A stretch of DNA of 64,000 nt from Pocillopora damicornis. Lineage: Eukaryota. How positions within the stretch are numbered: the stretch's first letter is position 1; each line of letters begins with the position of its first letter. The DNA lies in the NCBI RefSeq assembly GCF_003704095.1, contig NW_020845410.1:372001-436000 (forward strand), in the 5' to 3' direction. The notes under the pieces are model-generated. The model did not search any database, was not told the DNA's origin, and saw only the letters and a program-made list of their open reading frames with translations. The translations under genes and the position numbers were made by a program. This document shows, one piece after another, positions 37,201 through 49,435 of the stretch.

Positions 37201-40150
37201 CTTTAAGTAATCAACTCCCCAGCCTGCAAATGTCTGAAAAGGAATCACTGAGTAAATCAAAGGGAATATAGCTCACATAAAGGCGATTACAAATTAATCT
37301 ATAAAAATGCATTTTGAAAAAGATATACAGAGCCCTTAAGGGTCAAAAATATTCTACACAGCACTTTAACCCTTTACACTCTAATATCAGTATGCATATT
37401 CTCCATACTGTTCTCTACACACTTCCAAATGTGCTGGCAAGGAGAACTTGTTTAACAATCAGTTGCTTCTTTAGTTAGTGATCATTTGCTTTATTCTCAT
37501 AACTTGAGTGTTTGATGCAAGGATGATGTTGTGGAGAGAAATTTGGATGCTAGTCACTCTTAAGGGTTAAAGGATAAAGAAAAAAATATAGATGCAATGG
37601 TCACTTGAAGTGTCAACAGACAAAAGTAAGGTCACCTCTCACTAGTACTGTTCTGAAGCTAAAATAACTTATTCGTAGCAACAAACAACCCAACGGTTAA
37701 CTTACATCCATGTCTTGTTGAATGTGATCAATGGTTCCTGGATATCCTGCACAAGTTTTTGTTCCATAATCTGAAGAATTGTAAGAAAAAAAATGTTTTG
37801 ACCAATTGTGAAGTTTGTGAAGTGAATAAGGAACAAATTATATATAATATCTTTACAGATGGTCTTCAATTCTTTAACTCCCTGAAGTGATCAACATGTT
37901 ACTTTCTCCCAATAATATCCATACATTACCCAACAAACAAGTAATGAGAAGACTCAAACTTATCAGGCGATAGTTGTTATCTTGATCTAACACCAAATTC
38001 TTGTACCTGGCATTGAAGTGTGTTCAAAGCAGCTAGAGAGAGGGGAGGGAAGGGGGGGTTAACAATCAGATCTTGGGAGTTAAAATGTAAATTGCTACCT
38101 GCATATATTCCCAGCTTTAATCCTTTAGAATGAATCTAAAATTAAAATACAGACAATTTTAGAGAAAAGTTGGTCTGTCTCTTTTAAAACTAAGAGAAAA
38201 ACACAACAAGAAAGCAACAATCCCACCAAATTTGAATTTTTAACAACCTTAAAAGCACTATAACAAACTTACAAAGTCAGCAAGAGCTTTCATTCCACTT
38301 GGAAATCTGCTAGGATCAGGTTGAAGCTGGCCATCAGCCGTTCGGTTGTGAGACATCCAACAATCCTACAAATCAAAGAGACTTTCATGAAGTGTCAACA
38401 AATTTTGACTTAATCCTTCTAATGTCATCACTGATAAACCACCTAAGTGCTAAACATGACAGAAAACCAGAAAGTAAAGCAATGTGAATGTAAAATCATG
38501 TTTGTTAAAGATATGTTTGTGAATTGAAATCTCTCCACAGCAAGATCAGAACTCTTTACCTTCTAATCATTCTGAGTTACCTGTAACTGCCTATCTGGTA
38601 ATAAATCTATACAACACTTATTAAATTCATGGAGAACACTTCCTCCCAATACATTAGAACCAACAAAATAATTGGTCCAAATAGTCTTTCCTCACAATCA
38701 GATCTCTTTAATTTTCCAAGTAAACCAAGCAACAAATGTTGATAAATTTAAGCCAAAAATTATCAAACCTTACATCAATAGATACATATTTATAGCCAAC
38801 ATCCTTAAAACCATCCTCAGCCATGCGAGTTGCCATATCCATGAATAATTTTTCACTGAAAAACAAACACTGAAAACACTGAAAACAGTAAAAGCAACAA
38901 AAAAATTTTAAACCATACCAAACTTCTCCATATTATAGATCAGCAAGGGTTTCAGATAAAAAATACTGCTGGTTAACCCCCACCAATAAGACTTTCCATT
39001 AATTGCCATCTGTTTAGCAGCTGCCATCAGACTCTCATGATTGAGTTTTGCCCTATAGCACAGCTGCCTATTGCATTATCAGTAGCCATTTACCGAAAAA
39101 TTTATGGACACCCCACTCAAAGGTAGTCAAACTAGATAAAACTAAAGGAAAAAAACTAACCCATCCTTTGTTTTTAAGGACTGTTAATAAATGTAAACCA
39201 ACAAATCAAGCAGTTACCCAATGCAGTTGTCTGGGTCATTTTTGCAGTCTGTGTTACAACGGAATCTCTCCCAATCCATCCATCCCACTATAAAAGGATT
39301 AAGAAATTCAGCTTTATTAATAGAAAGGGTGTGGGCCAATAGAATGCATGTGATCCCTTCTCTGCCAGGTAAAAGTGATCATTTATATCTATAGCAATGG
39401 TCACAAACAAACTTATAAGCCCCCCTAGGGGTAGGACCTCTCATGGGAAAATCCTGTATACATCCCTGATAAATCTCTAATGCCCTCTATATGGTGGAAA
39501 ACGTCACCTTGTCCCCAGAAAACTCCGGGAGAATTTATTAATTATTTTGAGCTTCATCTTGTCTGTCAACACCTGTTCAGGTAAACACCTCTCCTGCAAA
39601 GAGTGACTCTTCTTTGACCGAGTTCCCTGCTACTGAAATTTAGCCATTTTGCCGAACACTTACCTAATCTTTGAAGCAAACAACTTCATGTAAATGTGGA
39701 AAAGATTTCCGTACAACCCCATACTATTTTTGAACAAAGCCGTTGTCCAAAAGGCAATCTGCTCAATAAAGTATAGGGCTTTTCGGAAATCTTGCCAGCT
39801 TTCAGTTGACTTCTAAATGAAGTTCAACAACTTAATTTGGTAACAAAACAACAAAGAACTTTAGGGGAAAGAAATCAGCTAGCCTCACGGTGCGATAGAA
39901 GAAGACGAGAGATTTTAGTCGAGGACACTTAACTAGCTGACTACAAGTCAGTGATCAGCTGAGTATCATGTGATATAGAACCAAAACTGATCTGTAAGAC
40001 TCTGCCGAAAGTAGCCAAAAATTATCACATCAGCAACTCACTTGGTGGCGTTAAGGCTAGGCCATTGTTAAGAGACTCTGCAAAGAAGTTTTCCTGCCAT
40101 GATGCCATATAAAAAATCATAGAGAGCAAGCAAGACAATCTGGGCGCCAT
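34298..40150 (-). CDS. NAGA: GH27 alpha-N-acetylgalactosaminidase-like, copy A (14 exons)
   Basis: Signal peptide then '[10 protein letters not shown]|[15 protein letters not shown]', 'YVSID|DCW', 'TCAGYPG', nucleophile 'YLKLDGC', 'FSCSWPAY' (NAGA-type), acid/base 'WRNYDDIQ|DSW', 'NWNDPDM'; last exon 34432-34298 ends '[14 protein letters not shown]'. Confidence 0.9.
34701..34887. mobile_element. piggyBac-like MITE family 1 copy
   Basis: Similar to 37366-37570; ends CTCTTAAGGGTTAA. Confidence 0.7.
35468..35932. mobile_element. Tc1/mariner (pogo/Tigger-like) MITE
   Basis: TA-CAGTAGAAACCAATTAACTCAAACTCC ... GGAGTTTGAGTTAGTGTGGTTCTATTG-TA: imperfect TIRs, TA target duplication, internal AACTCAAACT repeats. 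Confidence 0.65.
37366..37570. mobile_element. piggyBac-like MITE family 1, full-length
   Basis: TTAA-CCCTT ... AAGGG-TTAA termini; related copies at 29357, 34701 and 47785. Confidence 0.8.
37868..38083. mobile_element. piggyBac-like MITE family 2 copy
   Basis: Similar to 7998-8187 (AAACTTATCAGG..TTGTTATCTTGATCTAA..CAGATCTTGGGAGTTA). Confidence 0.65.
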
Positions 40151-40403
40151 TTTGCTCCTCTCACATCGGAAGGTCACGCAATCAGATTAACGCAATACTG
40201 GTCATCAGGCCTGACTGGTCATGTAACAGCAACTATGGGTGACCAAATAAATTCAGCCGATGTAACATATTTTCAATGAATAAATCCTTCTCAGCTAAAA
40301 AAAAAAAAGTTAGAACACGGAAGATGCCGAGTGAAACCTTTTTTCCACTTTCGGTATATATATGACTAGAGGCAGATCGTTTTCGCGTGACGTCGCTGAG
40401 AGA

Positions 40404-40629
40404 TGGGGGCATTGGATTTTTGGTTTTGCGGTTTTGGCCATTTTTAGATCGGTTTTTCGGTTTTTGTACCCAAAAACTTCGGTTTTTCGGTTTTGTTGTT
40501 CATTGCGGTTGGCGGATTTTCCGTTTTTTAACATTTGGTTTTCGGTTTCCGCGAAAAATACTGACGGGTTTTCAGATTTGATATCCGATACGGTTTCCGG
40601 TTTTTCCCTATTTGACCTATTTGGGTTCC
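40404..40629. repeat. CGGTTTT-rich repeat, probably the end of a DNA transposon, cut by an N-gap
   Basis: Many CGGTTTT/CGGATTT motifs spaced 10-25 bp apart, starting GGGGGCATTGGATTTT. Confidence 0.6.
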
Positions 40630-42716
40630 NNNNNNNNNNNNNNNNNNNNNNNNNNNNNNNNNNNNNNNNNNNNNNNNNNNNNNNNNNNNNNNNNNNNNNN
40701 NNNNNNNNNNNNNNNNNNNNNNNNNNNNNAATCAAACCAAACCGTATTGAAAAATGCTCTTAGGTGTTTTCAAGAGGACTTTCAAAGTTGCCAGCTGATT
40801 TAGCGACTTTTTTGGCAACTGCAACATCCATCTCCTTCTTTTTCCATTCATCGTTGATTTCGTTTTCCTAGAATAAATTTGAAAGTTTTTTTTCTTGAGC
40901 CTTGAGGATATAATTGTAACGCCAGCCATGATTGTCATTTTGCTGAATTCACTAAGACTCCTTTTGTAGTCAACATACTCCTGATCAATTATAATCTCTT
41001 GGTTGTAACGATCGCATGTGATTCAGTTGTCGTGACAAAAATTTCTGAACGGTCTGAAAAACTACTGGAACAACACTTTTTCAGATGTTCATTATGGAAT
41101 TTGGACACGTTGAGTGAGGGTCTCCCGGAAATGCAAGACCTGCATTTTTTGTTTGTTGTTGTTTTTTTTTCAATTACGTTAATTGTGCAGGGAGTGTTGT
41201 TCTGTCGAGCTAGCTACGTTAGAAGATCACCCTGCTTGGCTGGGAGTTCATCGTGAGCTCGTTAACGATGACTACAGCCGGTAGCTCTTTCCCGGGTCTT
41301 GTTGAGTCTAGTGTCCACACCATGTCAGATTCATCAGCCTTTTGCAGCTCGCTATACGGACGTAACTAAGAAAGAGGGTATGTTCCTAGCTTGCATTGCT
41401 TAACATTGGTTTAAAAGGCTCAGTTAAATGGCAAAACAGCCGCTCGGTAACTCGCCAGAGTGATTTGAGGTTACGCGAGTAAACGTAGTGTGTGGGTGGA
41501 TAGACAGAGACAAGACAGGCGTTGCAATAATGGCTATTTCGCTACAATATACAGTGTAATAGGCCTTCGTTTTATTTTCATATTTTTCTTCCTTCACCAG
41601 CTAGGATATCGTTCCACTTCAATGGAACTACGGCTTCCAGTAATTGAAATCAATAACTGAATGGACTTCACTCATAAATACAAGTCTATTTTCCTATGTC
41701 TGTTTTCTAAATGTGTCTATCTATGTATCTTAGTACAGGAGTTACAAAATAAATATCAACACCGCCTGGATATCAAATTTATACCTAAGTTTTGTATCTA
41801 AGTTTTATATTCTTACTCTATATCAAAATAGTTTTGTAGCAATTTTAGCTTTTAGATATGGACACACAACGGAAATTTACACTAATTACAAATCTTAACC
41901 CTAAATTAATAATAAAAAAATTATACATAAAAAGAAGAAACAAATCGATACGTATTGTAAGAAAAGGATTCTAGGTACACAATTTTTTCGCTCAATGTAT
42001 ATAATTCCGAGATCGAACGCAATTACAGTATATTGAACTTAATTCCAAGGGAATACTAACAATCTTCCCTGTTTAAATGGTGTCCATTCAAATCATTCAC
42101 ATATTCTATTTCCCACTTCCACAAAATTGACCGATCCGATTAAAAGAAACGAGCAAAAACTCCATATAAATTATTTGTCATCTGCGCTTGCCTTGGTTGT
42201 AAGCACTGATTGACACAGTTTATTGTGACTACTGCGCAGCCGCAGTAGATACTTTGCTATCATCTAAGTTCACGAACGTAGAAATAAGTAACAACAGAAT
42301 GACATCAGAACAAATCAAAATCCATTTAGGGGTCTTTCGGAACAATTCGCTTCACAAACGTTTGACAATTATTGTTTCAGTTGGAATTAAGGTTGGTTTC
42401 CTTTAGACTGATGTGACTGCTCTGTTTTAGAGACCCCGCCAATAAACGTGACTTGGTCGTGCGTGTTAATCAGTGTTGCACTTTACGCTGGTCATTTGGA
42501 TAGGTCTTTGAAAGTCTCACTGATTGGTTCACTACACTGCCTTCCTAAACTCTGAGAGACCGTTTTCAAAAATTACTGAGGTTTTCACAAAACCTGTCAT
42601 AAATACAGGGTTCGGCCTGTCAATATTTACGTTTAAAAATAAATAAAAACTTAGACATTTCACCATGACCTGTAGGTATACCCTACACTACATTAAAAAC
42701 TACTGCTGACCCAATC

Positions 42717-45700
42717 TTATAACTCATAATGTATAGGAGACAATTTGACCATCACTACCCCACTGGGGTTAACTTTGGCCCTGAAGCTTTTCTTGAATAT
42801 GCCCAGGTCCTTGTGTGCAAAAAGATCCCGTGCTTTGGCCATGATGGTAGGCACACCAACCTAAAAGAAACAATAATAACAATATGATCAAGCTGAAGAG
42901 GGGAACAAGTACAATAAAACATCTGTAACTATGTGTCTTTTAAAGTGATCACTTGTTTCTGAAACTAAAATATCGTTTTGTTATCTATGATTCTATGTTG
43001 AATACAAGCAGTCCCTTGTTTTTGGCAAAATCCGTCACTGTTTGGTTAGTGAGTCAATTTCCATGAAAATTCGCCGGCTCACATTTATACTATTGAGTGG
43101 ATAGAGGCACTGTAGGTAAGTACACTTTCACTGCCCGAGAAACTAAAACACCCAGTTCGGAAAGTATATATCACTAAAGATGTTTCCTGCTTAGAGCAAA
43201 AAGTAATTGTCACAATGATTTGCCAAACTCTACTGAAATAATAAAGCCTCAAAACTATCAAAGTCTCCATGTCAGAAATTTCATGTTTTAGCGGTACCTC
43301 GTGGAAGTAGGCCTCGATATGAATAGGCTGGTCTGTTCTGCGACTAGACAAAACAACAGCAACAGATCCATCATGCAGCTGACGACACCACACCTCGGTA
43401 AAACTCCTGGGGGACTAATCAATAAAACAAACGCAGATTCGGTCAGGAATGAGTTCCTGGCGATAGGAATATAACCAATGGAGAAAATACTGGTATGGCA
43501 AACTTTTTAAGTGAATGTCAAAAGTAGCCAAAGATTACATTCGTTTTGCTTCACCATATAGTGCTGCAAATGCCGCACACTGGCGTCTAAAATCAAACAC
43601 TGATTGTCAAGAAACGGGCACTAGTGTCTAAAATCAGACACTAGTGTTTAAAATCGGATTTTGGATATTAGGGTGTACATGGCACACAAGTATAAAAAAT
43701 TGGACACAAGTGTCTAAAATCGGACATAGTGTCTAAAGTCAGACACTAGTTTCTAAAATCGGTTACTTGTTTCTGAAATCTGGTCAATGGTGTCTTAAAT
43801 CCAACACTATTATCTAAAATCGGACACTAGTGCGTAAAACCAAACAGTTGTGTTTAAAAACAAAAACTTATGTTCAAAAATTGGACATTTGGGTCTAAAA
43901 TAGGACATTAGCCTCTAAAATTGGACGCTAGAGAATAAAATCCGAAACTGGCAACTAAACTCAGATGCTAGTGTCTACCATTGAACACTAGTGTCTTAAA
44001 TCAGACCATAGTGTCTAAAATTGGACACTGGTGTCTAAAATGAGACACTAGTGTCTAAAATTTGACACTGGTGTCTAAAATCAGACACTTGTGTCTAAAA
44101 TTGGACACTTGTGTCAAAAATTGGACACTTGTGTCTAGAATGCAGAAAATCATCAAAATCTAAATCTAAAATTATTAACATAAAAATGTTCTTGGCTGCA
44201 CTTGGATTCTCACCTGAGACACTCGCCGCCCCATCTTTGCCAGTTTGTCCTGATTCACATCTATCACCTCCCTGACAAAAACAAAAGGAAAGAGATTGAT
44301 AGTTAAATAAAAGGAAATCCACTGAAATTTGCCTAAGAGCAGGAAACTGGGGAGCAGCAATGATGAAGTGGTTGGAATGCTCGTTTTCTTACAGCAATGA
44401 TGAAGTGGNNNNNNNNNNNNNNNNNNNNNNNNNNNNNNNNNNNNNNNNNNNNNNNNNNNNNNNNNNNNNNNNNNNNNNNNNNNNNNNNNNNNNNNNNNNN
44501 NNNNNNNNNNNNNNNNNNNNNNNNNNNNNNNNNNNNNNNNNNNNNNNNNNNNNNNNNNNNNNNNNNNNNNNNNNNNNNNNNNNNNNNNNNNNNNNNNTTT
44601 TCTTACAGCAATGATGAAGTGGTTGGAATGCTCACTTCTTACTGCTGAGGCCTGGGTTCATTTCTCAAACCTGACATCACAGATGGTTTAAGTTTGCTGT
44701 TAATTCTTGTTATTGCTCGGAGAGTTTTTTTCTAGGGTTCTCAGCTTTTCCTCCAATTCAACAAGGAACATTGGACAAAAGGTCACTTAAGGAAGTCTCG
44801 CTTTTAACTTCCAATTTCACTATTTTATACCCATTATAATTCAATTGTTTCTTCATTTAAAAATTTCAAACCAACTGAACTTCTTACTTATTCAATAATA
44901 TTTCCCTGGCCCATGGAGCAATATCACGAAGATCATTTGACATCATGAGTGGCTATAATGACAAAAAAAAATTACATGAAATAATGAAATGAATGACCAA
45001 TAATCTCATATGTCTCCAAACAACATGTAAGATATTTACCATGATCACATCAAAGATCAAAGGACAGTTACTAAAAATTGTGACATAACTTACAGCAGCC
45101 AGAATTGCCCAAAGAGCAAACTGTGACTTGGACTGCTCATAGCTAAGACCAAAATTTCCAATCAATAGCTGATGAAACAAAACATGTCGTGAGCAATTGA
45201 TCATAACTCATATTCTAATAATGTAAGGGTTAAAATGGGTTTAATCACACCTGACATAAGTTAATTTGAACTAAATTTTTAATTTCTTTATTTGTACCAG
45301 TAAAATTAATGTTAGTGGCATGAAAGTTTGTGAGAAAGTTATAAATTCTATGTAGGTAGCTATTTGGCACTATTTTACTTAGCCCTTTGGAATATACAAT
45401 CAGAAAAAGAGCAAGTGACTAATAACATGATGATGAAGCTGGTCACTCAGCTAAAAGCAAATTTTAGGAAAGTAAGGAAAGTGCAAAAAAGTCCAAAAAA
45501 GTGATGCCAGTTGTTTAAAATAGAACACTTGGTGGCCGTTCTCCCCCTTCACCCACTTCCCTTTTTGCATACTGGCCAAGTTTTTTGTTTTCATCCAACA
45601 TCTCAAATGAAAGCCCTCTTAGGGGAGAATTACCCATTGCCCTGACATGGAGGTTGTGGTTACAATGTTGTGGGTTTTGGATATGAAGTTTTCTGTTGCA

Positions 45701-48700
45701 GGTGTGAAGTTGGGGGTCATGGGTTGTTAGCACAACAGCACAACATTGACAGGAAATGGCTTTGAAGTCAAGTGTGACACAAATGATACCTTTAAGTCTC
45801 TATTCAATAAGAACACTTCACCTGGTCAGGATCATTCCAGTGTCCAGGTCCAGCCACAGGTATCATTTCATGTTGGTGATCACCATACCATTCTACAATT
45901 CTTACCAAACTGAGCCAAGAATCCTTGCACATATAACAATAAACAAGTTGTCAAGAACAAAAAGGAAGCAATAATGATGCAGCACAGCTGGGGTTAATAA
46001 TCATGCATTACCAAACTGAATGCAAAATAATGAAATAAAAATCACTTTTGTTAGTCACTTTATAATGATGTCTCACCTGTATATCATTGTAATTCCTCCA
46101 TAAATTACAGTGCTTTGCAATGAGCTGGTAATTAGGCTAGCAAATTAAGAACACTCATTATCACAAATTGATCATAGCTGGTAATTTGCAATAGTAACAG
46201 AGAAATATCTTAGATATAAACGAAGCTAAATGTTATCCTATATGGATCCTAAAAACCATAAAAACTTGACAGAAAAAAGCCTCTCTGGCTCCTGGGAAAG
46301 TTACTTTACTTCTGATATGGCACTGAAGGGTGAAGGTTGTCTGCAAATAAACTAAAATTTATCCTCTTACACAACTGACATAGAAACTTAATCAAACCAT
46401 GGTCTTTGGTGCATATCACAGATAAGGGTAGGCCTAAAAGCTAGAAAGTAATTCATCTGAGATTAATCAAAAATTTTATTGCAAAATTACCGTCATTCCA
46501 CCCCACACTTGATAAGCAGGCCAGCTACAGGAGAACACAATGTGTCTCCCTGTTTCATTCAATGCTCTTGTAACTGTTGGGTAGCCTATGTCAAATGTAA
46601 GAGGATCAGCAAAACAACCATCCATCTTGAGATAATCCACACCCCAGTCAGCAAACAACTGTAGCAAATAAATGAAATGGGAATCTATAGTTATTTAACA
46701 GAGTGATGAATTTGATCTCTCACAAGTGCCTCTGCCAAAAACAGCTACAGCAGAAACTGCAACATGAATCTTGCTTGCAATTAAGCCATGGAAATGATTA
46801 TATCTTGTGCAAGTGGCAGTGTTTTAATTTGGTTTGAGTATTGCATTTTAAAGAGTTTTGTGTGCAAGTCAGTTTAATTGTGATACCATTTTGATGATGT
46901 TTCAGCCAATGATTTTTCAGAGGGTGTTATGTTACCTTTAATGAACAATGAAGTACCTGCATATCCTGTTGAATATAGTCTATGCTTCCTGGATAACGCT
47001 CACAGGTTAGATCACCATAATCTGGAAGAAGACAAAGTTCAAGTGCTGTGAATATTATTGATTCCTGTTTTGAACATGTATTTTTGATCAATTTAGATAA
47101 GGGAAACCACTGCCATAATTAAAAAGTTATGGTACCATTGTACCAAAGACCAGAGCGCTAATTAGATTGAAGCACATACTAATGGTATTTTCATTATTAT
47201 TAATGTTTATCAACACTTAATTTCAGCAAGCAAGTAGTTAAATCTGGTAAAAGAAAGTATTTCTAGGAACACAGTCATTTAGTTGTAATATAAAATCAAA
47301 TCCAATCTTTTGATTTTCTTCTGGAGAACTTCATGAGCATTGTTACCTGCATATAATCCAAACTTGAGACCTTTGGAATGAATCTGACGAAAAGAATGAT
47401 TGAAAAAGAAAATTCAATAAATCTGTGATGGAGAGTCACATCAAGCTACAACAGGAAGCCATAAGAGCAAAAGGGTTGGAATGCTTGTCTCTCCTGCTGT
47501 GACTTAGGTCTACCCTCCCTCCCCTCTCCCCCTCCAACTTGGCTCTGGTCCTTCTCACTCAGGCTTCAGTTCAGATCCTCAGCTTCTCATTGCTTATAAA
47601 ATTAATTTTTTTGTTTTTTCTTTTTTATTATTATTTTTTATTACTTACATAGTCAGCAAGCTTTTTAATTCCACTTGGAAATCTCTTGGGATCTGGCTGA
47701 AGATCACCTTCTAATGTGCGATTGTGAGAAGCCCAGCAGTCCTGAGACATGAGTCAGTAAATGTTAAAGTTACTTGATACTGCTAAACCTTGACACTCTA
47801 ACATCAGTAAGCATAATCTCCATACTGTTCTCCTAACATTTCCTAATGTGCCAACAGGGAGAATTTGTCTAACAATCACAAGCCTCTTAAGTCAGTGATC
47901 AGTTCCTATATTCTCCTCACCTCAATGTATGATATAAGAGTGATACCTAACCTTACTACAAAATAATTCTCAGATTATTATAACAAGTTCTACATGCATC
48001 AAATTATGGGTAACTAACAAGTTAAGCATGGTACTTACATCGATACAAACATATTCATATCCAGCTTTTTGAAAACCATCTTCAGCGATACGATCAGCCA
48101 TTTGCATGAACAATTTTTCACTTCGGAGGGAAAAAAAAAGTGACAACAACAAAGTATTAAATACCAATGAATAAAGGTAAAATATTTGAATCGTTATCCA
48201 GCAAATATCACATATTCAAATTACATATCTATCCACACGAAAATTATTTTTCTTCTCAGCTTTATACCCCTCATCAAAAGGAATCCCGGAGTGTATATCA
48301 TGCACATTTCAGTTTGTAAATAAAATAACGTCCTCAAAATTCAGTGCTCTCCTTTTCAGGTTGTAATCAGTAAAATTTACCACCTATAGTACCTCTCACC
48401 ATTGCCTAAAACTGCTTGGAATTCTAGAAAATTCAACAAGTGGAAGGATTTCTCTATGGGTTTCAATATTACTTTTACCTTTCATACTTAAAATAAGGGA
48501 GACCACAGAAGTTCCTATGGATAATCAGTGGTGAAAAAAGAATAACCAAGGTTACACATAAGTTTGAACTTGCTCTAATGTACTTTCAACAATCTTTTGT
48601 GTCCAGTATTTAAGATACAGGCAGGGCAGGACTACTTTTACCTGATACAATTTTGTGGGTCATCCTTGCAGTCTATGTTACATCGGAATCTCTCCCATGC

Positions 48701-49269
48701 CATCCATCCCACTAAGAATAATACCATTTATAAAACTGTTTACTCAAACAAACACTTAGTTCAATAAAATTGATGATAATGCAGTTGTTATTAAGCGTTT
48801 AAGAGTTAATAACGGTCATAATTGAGAAAACAGGTGCATCCCTGCCAAAATCATTTTTCCTACTACACATAACAAAGACATAACTTGCAGATAAGTCATA
48901 ACCTTTTTACTCTAGTTTATTAAAGTAAATAGCAAGGTGATAGCCTTCCTAAATTGTAAATACATTTTTTCTTCATTCATGCTCTTTCACTTCACAGCCT
49001 TTATATAAACAAATGTCATTCCTGGGGTTAAGAGATATGAAAACGCCTAAGCGTTGCACAAAAATCGCACATCCAATCAAAACAGCTGATAGAGGAAAAA
49101 AAAGCAATAAATATTCCTGTGTAAATATCTCTTATTCCTCGCTTATCTGAAACTAAACAATGAAAGCCTTACTTGGTGGAGTGATGGCTAAGCCATTGTC
49201 GAGGGCATGTGCTGGAAATATGACCAGAAGTGGAAAGAAAATAAGTAAGTTTCTAATTAGCACCACCAT
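42717..49269 (-). CDS. NAGA: GH27 alpha-N-acetylgalactosaminidase-like, copy B (14 exons)
   Basis: '[32 protein letters not shown]|[15 protein letters not shown]', 'YVCID|DCW', 'TCERYPG', 'YLKMDGC', 'FSCSWPAY', 'WRNYNDIQ|DSW'; same exon structure as copy A; ends '[10 protein letters not shown]'. Confidence 0.9.
43575..44140. repeat. 20-bp palindromic minisatellite (~28 units) in a NAGA-B intron
   Basis: Consensus CTAGTGTCTAAAATYRGACA; contains GTGTCT..AGACAC and the junction palindrome GACACTAGTGTC. Confidence 0.9.
44350..44810 (+). mobile_element. SINE-like element whose 5' end is tandemly amplified across an N-gap
   Basis: Unit TTTTCTTACAGCAATGATGAAGTGGTTGGAATGCTC occurs on both sides of the gap, followed by GGCCTGGGTTCATTTC (B-box-like) and 'GGAGAGTTTTTTTCTAGGGTTCTCAGCTTTTCCTCC'. 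Confidence 0.5.
47785..47945. mobile_element. piggyBac-like MITE family 1 copy
   Basis: 'CACTCTAACATCAGTAAGCATAATCTCCATACTGTTCTC...GAGAATTTGTCTAACAATCA' matches 37366-37570. Confidence 0.7.
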
Positions 49270-49435
49270 GTTCTTTCTGCTTTCAATCCCATCTATTTTT
49301 GTAGTCAGCGGTGATTTCTGAGGTAGTGTTGAAGAGCCAATCAGCGCTAAATATTTTCCATATTTTGACCAATCAACGATTAAAGTTAACAAGTTTGAAA
49401 ACAAAGCGCGAGCGATTGCTTTCAAACTGATAAAG
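49270..49435. promoter_or_regulatory. Bidirectional promoter NAGA-B / coiled-coil gene with two CCAAT boxes and CHR-like hexamers
   Basis: 166 bp between divergent ATGs; CCAAT at 49337 and 49369; TTTGAA at 49394; TTCAAA at 49421; AAGATGGCGG overlaps the ATG at 49436. Confidence 0.6.

Noticed and set aside
40310-40803. ORFs spanning N-gaps (also 44360-44648)
   Set aside because: Artefacts of translating through Ns and low-complexity repeats.
43575-44140. CRISPR-like array of palindromic repeats
   Set aside because: No unique spacers, contiguous 20-bp units, eukaryotic intron, no cas genes.
34298-49269. NAGA duplication as uncollapsed haplotypes
   Set aside because: Coding sequences are clearly diverged and introns look unrelated, so these are true paralogs.
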